Shown here in pieces: positions 33,357 to 43,092 of a DNA stretch of 43,092 nt (position 1 is the stretch's first letter; each line of letters starts with the position of its first letter). The stretch covers positions 1 to 43,092 of the forward strand of contig UYFQ01000583.1 of NCBI GenBank assembly GCA_900617105.1, in the 5' to 3' direction. The translations under genes and the position numbers were made by a program. The DNA is from Hydrurus foetidus. Taxonomy: Eukaryota. The notes beneath the pieces were generated by a model, which was not told the origin of the DNA, made no database searches, and was given only the letters and a program-made list of their open reading frames with translations.

Positions 33357-36300
33357 ATGAGTGATAATGGATCTGAAGACGAGTTCGAGCTGTCCAACAC
33401 AGACTCGCCGCCGGCTCTTGCCGACCTTCTTACACATCCGTTCAGAACTCTGATCGAAGCAGCTCAACCCATCTTCACTGGTCGAGTTACAAGATCTAGG
33501 ACAGGAGCAATTCCTCCTTTAGAAAATCCAAATAGTGATTTTCTAGACGAGGTGGAATTAGCCCTTCAAAATCAGGAGGCTGTTCCGACACCACCTCTAG
33601 CACCTCGGGCGCGGAATCTCGGAGCCACAGCGCCAACTTTATTTTCGGACAATTTGGAGGCTCAGGATGCAGAGACAAGATTTTCCTTCGCCGATGTGGC
33701 AAGGCTCATCGACATCGTGTCTGCTAAGATCCAACAGCCTCCACCGTTGGTCTCCCAACCGAAATCAACAGTTGGATCTACTTCTACTCCAACTGCCTCA
33801 ACGCCCAAGGCTTCATCTATTCTATCGGTGCCCATATCGGAATATCTGGATACAACCTCTGCGCAATCGAAATTCTTTTTTTCAATGCCCAAGATTTCCA
33901 ACTCTGGGAAGGACAACCGCGACAATATGGAAACGTTCATGGTCGCTCTAGGTGAATGTAAACTTCTTACATTAGCCAAAGGCGATCGTGAGTTACCAGT
34001 CATCACTGCTCGGAACCCTGGAGGATACTCACCTAGGTCACTGGTATTATCAGAAGAAGGATTGTATGATGTCATCCCAGCTGATGACATCTATAAAAGA
34101 TTACACAATCTGGATCGATTGTTAGTTATTCTCAATATGGTTACTGGGAAAGATCTACATTATTTGATCAAGCGTGTGATTGCCGACAACGATGCGGTCT
34201 TATGGTTCAAGACTATCTACGATCACATCAACGGCACAAAGAACAGCGACATCAGGAAGGCAACGGATCAGCTCCACTCCCTGAAGCTCAAGTCCACACA
34301 AACCATTCAGGAGAATGTGGCAACCATCGAAGAGGCCTTCAGAGTCCTCAAAGTCGCAAGTGGCGTGCCCGTCACTGATGATCAAAAGCTTTATCATCTA
34401 CAAGAAAAGCTGGAGCATGATGCAAGATTCAGCGTCTTATCAATCATGGCCTCATCAAAGACGTCAAAGGCATCCTACGACGACACCATCAAATACCTTG
34501 TGCTTCTTGATCCTGCCCCAGCGGTAGCTCACAAGATGGCTTCCCTTACTCCAACCTTGGAGCTGTGCAGACGTCACATCGCTGGCCTATGTACCAACGG
34601 TTCCTCATGCAAGTATTCACATGCAGCAGCGCCGCCAAACAAGGGAGCACCATCTGACAAGAAGCCCAACAAGAACCCACCTCCTCTCAAGAAAGATCAA
34701 AAGACTCCACCGAAGTTTCCTTTCAAGAAACCGATCATCGTGTCAGATTCCCATCGATCACTTGTTGGGTATCCCAAAGGAGTTGCAACGGCAAAGAACC
34801 CAGCTGGATATTCTCTGAACCAACTTACAACCATCAGGACTTTGCAATCTGCTGATGTTGACGGCTGGACATCAGGAGATCCTCAGTACTTTAATGGCGA
34901 TGGGTCAAGCAATCATATCGATCGGTTCAATGTTCTTCGCTTCAAGGAACAATCAACGAAATCCATTGCAGAGTTCCCAGAGTTCTACCATCTTGAGCCT
35001 TTTCCAAGGCTTCGTGAGATCAGACGTCACCTGTTCACAATGCTCAACTCGGTCGAGAAGTACAACAGATTCGCTGGTTCATCTCCCAGCGACTACGATG
35101 GATCTCCTACTGATCCTCTTTCCGGGATTGTTGTCAGCTTCCAAAACCTGACAGCAGCTGAACCAAGGATGGTACACATCTTGGTTGCATTCACATGGCT
35201 TTCAGAGAGTCCAACCATCTCGAGATCCGTGAAAATCCGTGAAGATGTTCGTACAGCAGACAAACGGCTTATACGAATGCTTTATAAAATTGGAAACAGG
35301 TTCCTGAACGCCGACGTGTTGATTCTAGACAGGGAGGGTTCCGAAAATTTCAGTTATATGAACTTCAACCCTCTCTCCCACAAATTTTATCATTCCGACA
35401 ACTATAGGTTCTACCAATCAAATATGAGAAACGTGGAAAAGTACTTTGTTGCTATCAGATACATGATGGAGCATCCTGACATACCATGGCGACTTCTACG
35501 TATTCTCTCTCTGGCTATTATATACGACTTCATGTCATTCTGCGCCCAACTACTTCGTGATGCAGTGCAAATGCAAGCTGACGAATCTCAGACAAGAGCA
35601 AATGTGGTATTCACATTAAATACATATCGATCCAACGCACAATTCTTGGATCAGATAGTCTTCCATGATGCTTTCTCTGCAATCATCAACAACATCAAAC
35701 CAATGCCTCCAGCACCACAGTCTTATGCATTGTAGACAAGCCCAATCACGACATCATATTCACGTATGAGTGCCATCAACAGAGAGGACCTGCTCAGCGA
35801 GACGACTGACCATACTGAAGAAAATGATGATGACAATGATGATGATGACGACGAATATAGTGACGATGAATCAGAAGGTGATGACGTAGACATGACTCCA
35901 CCGGGGTCATCATCTGACCATCACAGGAGATGCCAAGAAGATCTAACCTGATATAATCACCCATACGTGATGGGTCATAAACGCAGTCTGTGGGCGTCAA
36001 TCCAGACTGATACCAAGCGTTCAGCACGCAGGAAGGTCATCAAAACATCAGATGACAATGAGTTCAAGGAGACTCCTGGAACGTCAAGCTCAATACATGC
36101 TCCACCAATGCTTCAAGACCCTCCTCATGTTAATGATGATATTGTATCAGCACTTAAGACTGCTGGTGTATCTCGTATGATTGCACCAGTCCAATATCCA
36201 ATCAAGGAGGAAGGGCAGCAGCAATTGCAACTGGAGCATCCTCCCATGGCACTTGACTCCTGTGACCTTGGAGGGAAAAGAAGAGGGAAGTCTAAAGGCT

Positions 36301-36822
36301 AAAAGGAGCTAGTTAGTTAGGGATGCAAACAGAAGTTGCAATCCACACAAGATGTCGAGCATCCTCCAATGGCAGATTTGGCAACCCCTGAGCCATATCG
36401 AATGCGCACTCCACCAGCCAAATCACCATCGAGAGATTCAGTGTCTGCCACACGTCGTGCAAAGGCAAGAGCATTGGCTGAGAAGAAGAGTCTCAACCTA
36501 CTTACAGTAACAGACAAAGACAGCAAATTTATGTCATTCAAGAAGACAAGTCACAAGACAGTCATTGACAGTGGTGCATCTACATCTGGTACTGGATTAC
36601 GCAGCAGTCTCCGTGACCTTAGACCTACATCATGCAGTGTCTCAGCGGCTTTCGGGGAGACTGCCCAGCCTACTGAGATGGGACTACTCCCACCATTCAT
36701 GCTCAAGACTATTGTCATTGACCAAATGAATGATACCACACTGCTCTCAGTGTCTCAAGCGTGTGCAAAGGGATTTGTGGGCATCTTTACCTCTAAGGAC
36801 TGCAAGTTCTTTAATGCGATAG
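33357..36822 (+). pseudogene. Ty1/Copia-like gag-pol (C2): gag core, CCCH zinc finger, unknown domain, acidic linker, protease; four in-frame stops; truncated by G2 insertion
   Basis: ORFs 33357, 35766, 35967 and 36336 share one frame. Gag-like DAVLWFKTIYDH...QLHSLKL...TIQENVATIEE. Finger CRRHIAGLCTNGSSCKYSH. Copia-type protease VIDSGAS...VSAAFG...LLSVSQ...GIFTSKDC. Confidence 0.75.
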
Positions 36823-37017
36823 TGTGGTAGTTCCGGGTCCAAGGTCCCGATCCTACCGGATAGTACTACGGTATACTACTCACCGTACACTACAGTCTGT
36901 TGTATCGTCGTAGCCACTTACAGCCTCCACGTAGAAGTTAACCCTAGCTTCTAGCACCTTAGCTGTAACTAACTACCTCTCTAGTCTTCCACCTCTTCCT
37001 TTCCCATCCGAGCCATA
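36823..37017 (+). repeat. Putative 5' LTR of G2 (~195 bp, TGTGG...CCATA)
   Basis: Imperfect terminal inverted repeat. Shares CTGTAA(G)CTAA, TTCCACC, a pyrimidine-rich U5 and a GAG(A)CCA(C/T)A end with the G1 LTR. Not confirmable without the 3' LTR. Confidence 0.55.
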
Positions 37018-37594
37018 ATAGCGCTATTCCGCTCATCCTTCTTCGCTTCTTCTTCTACCTATCTACTTGTCCAAACTTTAGATAGACTTCAAACGGAGTA
37101 GATTCACTCCACGACTTCCGAGGAGTCGTTTTCTCGCTGAGCCCGAAGCTCCGAGAACTTAGTTTAAGTTTACAGGAGTTTGGCATAGCCGCTTCCTGCT
37201 TGAAACCCTCCGAAAGGTGTTTTCAAAAGTTCGTTTCTGGTCGAAGTCGCGAGAGGCTTCCCAACTCGAAATTAAGGAGTTCTCCACTAGCAATTTGGAC
37301 ACCGGTTCCACTGCTAGAGACATCAGATTAGTCTAAGGACGTCTTTTGGTCGACAGGAAGTTCTTCCTTCATCCTTAACAGGACCCAACATTTTCCATCA
37401 CCCAAAATTCGGCTTTCACGCCATAGAATTTTTCTCGACAAGAGTGGGTTGAAATTCCTTTATTCGCTGTTACTTGCGTAAAGTACCCGATACGCGAACG
37501 AGGCGAAGCTCTCGCTAAATTTTTTTGACGAGGAAAGCTCGTCCTCGCTTCGATACAACTCGATTTATATCGATTGCTCATCCTACGATAGGAG

Positions 37595-39089
37595 ATGGAA
37601 GACAACGATCTACATCCTGAGCCTGAGCCAAATGAGCCAGACAACGAGCATGAGGTTGATGAGGAAGGAAACATCCTTAACATCTCACAAAGCTCACAAT
37701 CGTCAAGCATGGGGTTTCCCCAGACGCTTCAGATCCAGCGTGAGATATTCATCCTACGGGGAGATTATATTACTCCGCAGGATGCTGAAGAATTCTATGA
37801 GCAAGCACAACGCTTGCCTCACTTGCATATTAAACAATGCATGCAACGTCAAGCAATCGATTTGCTTCATGTTAAAATCTTAACTGATCAGTCGACACTG
37901 GCAGTTATTACCAACGAGCAACGCCTTAATTGGCAAAACCTCCTTCCGATAGAGAGTGTTGGCAAGTTGGTAATGCAATACTTTTGCAAGAACAAACAAG
38001 GGGATCATACCTTAGCAGAACTGTTTGCTAAGGTCCCTTTCCACTATTCTCTTTCCTCCGATGAGGAAGAGTTAGTAACGTACATGGCGTACAAAGAGAT
38101 CGCCACGGATCACGAACGTGTCCGTCATATCACCGCATCTCAGCATGCCGAGTTGATAGCGATTCTTGAGAAACGACTCCCTCGAGGGAGCCGAATCTTG
38201 GGTGATTACGTCGCTCACAAAGCACGTGACAATGAGTCCCCAAGACGTGGGAAGTCGCCATGTTGCGCATTATCGCGGTCGTCACGGCGGCTCGTGAGGC
38301 AATCCACATGAGCAGGAGTTATGGCAACCCTGACATTGTCTACTCGTTTCCGAGTACAGCAGTCCCTCCTCCCCGCTCTACTAAAAAGCGGGCGAGCACA
38401 CTGGCTATACGTGATGTAGATATCCCAAGTGGGAGTAGCAACCTAGCGGTACGTTCGACACTTGACGAACCGTTAGTGTCCGCTGCCCGGGTTTGTCGCT
38501 CATGCGGAAACCCTGCACATATTCTATCAGATTGTACAGTCATGTACGATACCAACAACGATCACGGCTGTAACTGGTCTGATTCGTTTGTAGGTAAGGC
38601 ATGGCTGGCACAAGGTGAAGTTATGTGGCAGGAGAGACTCATCCTACCTGGGTACGAAACCAGGGAGAGATTCCACCCTGCGGGGGCACCCCCTTACTTG
38701 ATGTGCAACAACAAGAAGCACAAGGGTAACCAGGGTGGAGGTAAGGGGTTCAACCCAAACCAGGGAACCAAAACCAAGGTTCCGGAAACCGTGGGAATCA
38801 AAACCAAGGTAACCAGAACCAAGGTCAAGGTAACCAAAACAACCAAAACCGCAACCAAGGAAACCCCGGCCCTGGGGGTAACCAAGGTGGTGGCAGAGGG
38901 TACCAAGGGAAAAACCCTCGAGGGGGTAGATACAACCCGCCCCAAGGGGATAACAACGCGAGCGCCGGCTCTGCAAACCAACAAGGTACATATGATCATG
39001 ATGTCGATTCCTCTGATATCACTGACATAGAGCATTCAGTATCATGCATTACTGCATCTGTCATTCCAGCAATTATTCCCGATGAATTT
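37595..39089 (+). CDS. G2 gag with CCHC knuckle and N/Q/G-rich C-terminal region (frameshifts ~38240 and ~38763)
   Basis: Knuckle CRSCGNPAHILSDC. From 38763 the pol frame reads GNQNQGSGNRGNQNQGNQNQ... openly into ORF 39090. Confidence 0.75.
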
Positions 39090-42000
39090 TTGCATGATCC
39101 ATCAATTCTACCTTCTGACCATCTCAACGTAACGGTTTTGGTACAGGATAAGGATAAGGAGCGCCAATCTAGCGTACGACGCATTGTGGGCAAGGCCGTA
39201 CTCGATACCGCCAATTACTCCGAGGATTTTATTTCTTTCACTATGATTGATAAGTTGAATGCTAAACATAACTGTTATACAGCTTCTAAAGCCATTACTG
39301 TTTGCTCTGGTCTCGATGGCCAGTGCTATATAAATAACGAAATGATTGATTTAATTCTTAAATTTCATTCTTATGACGGCGAATGTCATACCATCCCTTT
39401 AACGATGCGGGTTAATAGGAACACAGACATTGAACTTTTATTAAGTCGAAAAACTGTAAATAAATATGATTTTATGTCATTAACACCTTTCGCTTTTGGT
39501 ATTTCTCCCGAGCTTAGTGCCGAGAACAAAAGGAAGCGTGATGCTCGTTGGCTCGAGTTTGAAGAAAGGGAAGCGATAGCCAAGCTTGACCCGCTTCACT
39601 GGCACAAATACACCAGACGTATGATATCTGAGGGTTTCATACCCGAAGAACCGGAAGTGGAGTCGATTACACCAACATACGATATGTTAAAGGGTATCAC
39701 AAAAGCAAAACTTTCGGATCGGAAAGAACCATACGGTCTATGCCCAAAGCCAACACCTAAGAAGGCCATTCTGCACGCACCTCTAACCAAGGAAGTCGTA
39801 GGGTCAGGTTGTCATACAACGTTCACGTGTAACGTTACCCAGGATGGTACCAAGGGAGTCATGACCCAAAGTCCATGTGGTGATGTGGGTTGTCAGCGAC
39901 TGGACAGTGTCTCGACTGTACTCGCGAAACGTACGGGTGATACCCCGCACCTAGATGGTGACTCGATTCCCATCCTCACACATACCTCTGGGGACACTGT
40001 TACATCAGACTATGACGCGGAAGCCATATGGCCAAGCGGTGTCGCACTCTCCGTTGACGAGATTGACGATGATAAAACTGATACCTTCGCACCTTTCTTG
40101 CGTGACAAGACGTGCCGGAATGTACCGCCCAATGGGCCGGATGATTTCTTGTCTCAGATTCATTTTGAAGGAGATGAAAGCCTTCAAAAGGATCTCCGTA
40201 CTCTCTGTTCTGAATTCGCTGATATATTCAGTGATAAGCTAGCTCCGCAAGCTGCTGACCTCAAGCCGTTTGAGATAAACCTGCCACGGCAGAAATGGGA
40301 GGTTCCATCGAACCACGCACCAGTGCGACCCCAATCCTCTAAAAAGGAACATTATCTCCGCACTTCTATCGAAGAGATGTTGGAAGATGGTGTGATCGAG
40401 AGGTCGAACGCTGCATACTACAGTCATCCTGTAATGGTAAATAAGACAGCCGATACATATCGAACCTGCATCGATTATCGCGCACTCAATGAATGCATTG
40501 AGCCGGCCTCCTTTCCACTACCAAATATCAAACACCTCTTTGAGAGGATCGGTAATCGAAAACCGGATATTTATGGGGTGATGGATTTAACCGCGGGTTA
40601 CCATCAAGCTCCCTTATATACACCCCACCGAATCTATACGGCATTTATATGTTTCATGGGGGTGTTTCAATTCACGAGATTGCCTTTTGGCCCTTGTCGT
40701 GCCCCCTCTTACTTTCAAGAGCAGATGGTGACAACGGTCCTTCACGGTCTCATATACAGCTGTTGCGAGATGTATCTCGACGATTGCATTGTATATGGCC
40801 GGGGCGAAGCAGAGTTTCTTTTGAACTTGAGGAAAGTCTTTGAGAGATTTAGACTTAAAAATCTTAAACTCAAAGCAAAGAAATGCCGATTCGGTCTTAA
40901 GCGTATCGAATACGTTGGACGAGTCATCGACAAAGATGGTTTATCCATGTCGAAAGAAAAGATTGAGACAGTACTCAACTTTCCACTTCCAAAAGAAGTT
41001 ACGGCATTACGGGGATTCCTTGGCTTAGCCAATTATTTCCGTCAATTCGTTCCTTTTCACTCGGAAATGGTAAAACCACTTCACATGATGGTGGACCCAA
41101 AGGCGGTTAAACGCTCTCCAATTTTTTGGACCCTCGAGGGGACAAACGCATTCAATGAGACAAAGATCGCGGTATCTCGTTGTCCATTGATGTATTTCAT
41201 CGATGAAACCTCACCCATCAGATTATATACTGATGCATCTGATTATGGAATCGGTGGTGTATTATTCCAAGTCATTAATGACGAATGGAAACCAATCGCT
41301 TTTATTAGCAAATCTCTATCTGCATCTCAGATTAATTGGTCAACAATACAAAAGGAGGCTTACGCTATCTTTTATTGCTGCCAACAATTGGATTATCTTA
41401 TCCGAGATAGGAAATTCACTATTCATACTGATCATATGAATTTGACATATATGAAACAAAACCCTACTTCGATGGTAGCACGGTGGTTCATTGCAATGCA
41501 AGAACTTGATTTCACCGTTCATTTTGTTAAAGGATCGGATAACGAATTAGCCGATGCGCTGTCACGTTTATGTCCAAATCTTACTGAAATTGCTCTACCG
41601 TTGACAATTACCAGAGATGTTTTTTCATCATCATCTTCATCTTCTTCCACAAGTGTGGCGGCTTTAACGGTTATCGAACCGGCCACAGATGAACAAATAC
41701 TTCATATTCAGATGTGCCACAATGCAATTGTTGGTCACAACGGTGTCGACCGAACCCTCACTCGACTTTACAGTCTAAACCAAGTGTGGAAAAATATGAA
41801 ACAGCACGTACGTTCATACATACGAAACTGTCCTTGTTGTCAAAAACTAAGTGCGGTTGATGCGAAAATCAATGCAGCTCATTTTTCAACTTCTACTCAC
41901 GCAATTTTCGATACGTTGAATATTGACTTTGTGGGTCCTTTCCCGATAAGGGGTATATTCTCGTCATAATTGACACCTTCTCCAGATGGACAGAAATGTT

Positions 42001-42978
42001 CTGGTGTAAGGACGCTACTGCCGAATCTGCAGCGGAGAGTTTATTAACACATTTTGGTCGATTCGGTTCGCCAAACATGATAAGATCGGATCGTGGATCC
42101 CATTTCGCTAATGATCTCATAAAGAGTTCTTAGATCTTACGGGTACGCCCCATAACCTCACTCTAGCTTACTCCTCTCAAGAGAATGCAATTGTTGAACG
42201 AGTCAATAAAGAGATAAATAGACATTTAAAAGGACTGGTGTTCGATACACCGTCTCTTGTCCATTATGCAAAATGCATTCCGTTCGTACAACGAATTATA
42301 AATAGTTCAGTTAATAAACGTACGGGTGCAAGTCCAGCATCTATCCTATTCGCGGATAAACTTGATTTGAATCGAGGAATTTTAACACCTCATTTGTTAC
42401 CAATGGTATCATCTTCAAATTCAACATACATTGCTGATTTAATCGAGATACAGGACAAAGTCCTCGATGCAGCAATCGACTCACTTCAAAAATGTGATGA
42501 AAAACACAAAAAGTCGACATCCGGTTTGACAGTGTTCCCTATAGGGTCGTATGTCTTGGTAAAACAAGAACACCCTCCAACTCGATTACACACTAAATGG
42601 AAAGGTCCTTTCCGTGTTGTATCCTTTGAAGGATCCGAGTATGTTCTCGCGAACTTAATTACACATAAACACAATAGTGTACATGTAACGAATCTTAAAA
42701 TATTCAATTATGACCCTTCGATGGGCTTACCTGCTGATACAGCACGTCGCGATTACATGGAGTATTTCGTTGAGAAAGTTCTTAATCACTCGGGTGATAA
42801 AAAGAAACCGACTACGATGTCGTTCCATGTGAAATGGCTCAACTATGATGACTCACATAATACATGGGAGCCTTGGAAGAATCTCCGGCTCTGTGATGCA
42901 CTCCATGTATACTTGAGGAACAATAACATGTCGCGTTTTGTTCCCAGGAATATTGAGGGATCAACCACCGAGGTTTGA
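39090..42978 (+). CDS. G2 pol: protease, RT, RNase H, integrase, chromodomain (frameshifts ~41942 and ~42121)
   Basis: AVLDTAN; RTCIDYRALN, YLDD; TDASDYGIG; H..GHNG..CPCC, IDFVGP, SDRG, VERVNK; FHVKWLNYDDSHNTWEP. Confidence 0.95.
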
Positions 42979-43092
42979 GCTCAAACGTAATATCTTTTGA
43001 AGATTTTTTGGCCTAATTTTTGCCCTCAAGAGGGATTTTTATGGTTTTAGTCAGTAAAAATCTGACATAATTACGTTTTGACCATCGTACAA

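Larger units (their letters stand above)
36823..43092 (+). mobile_element. Second Ty3/Gypsy chromovirus (G2); 3' LTR lies beyond the window
   Basis: The Copia protease frame breaks at TGTGG (36823). Domain order gag-PR-RT-RH-IN-chromodomain; protein clearly related to G1. Confidence 0.92.

Noticed and set aside
38765..39030. TKTKV-rich C-terminus of ORF 38260-39030
   Set aside because: An out-of-frame reading of the N/Q/G-rich tract after a single-base loss.

Overview
This is a eukaryotic window, probably from a flagellated protist; stramenopile-like affinity is my inference. A ~14.5 kb island of three intron-containing host genes sits between two nests of transposable elements. The genes are an IQ/WW/B-box protein (+), a TLC/NTT-family ATP/ADP-type transporter (-) and IFT88 (-). 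The left nest is a CRE-clade-like RLE non-LTR retrotransposon split by a complete Ty3/Gypsy chromovirus with identical 224-bp LTRs, followed by a ~770-bp TIR element. The right nest contains a two-ORF PIF/Harbinger transposon, an inverted Copia 3' fragment, and two related copies of an unusual Copia-like gag region (CCCH finger plus an unknown ~270-aa domain). It ends with a second chromovirus inserted in the Copia protease region and running off the window. The most striking signal is that neither chromovirus shows a tRNA primer-binding site. Each instead has a different perfect 12-bp palindrome starting on the last nucleotide of the 5' LTR, and both share a conserved 3'-UTR hairpin module. 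This hints at an unusual, possibly dimer-mediated, tRNA-independent priming mechanism. Many TE frameshifts look like single-base sequencing losses.
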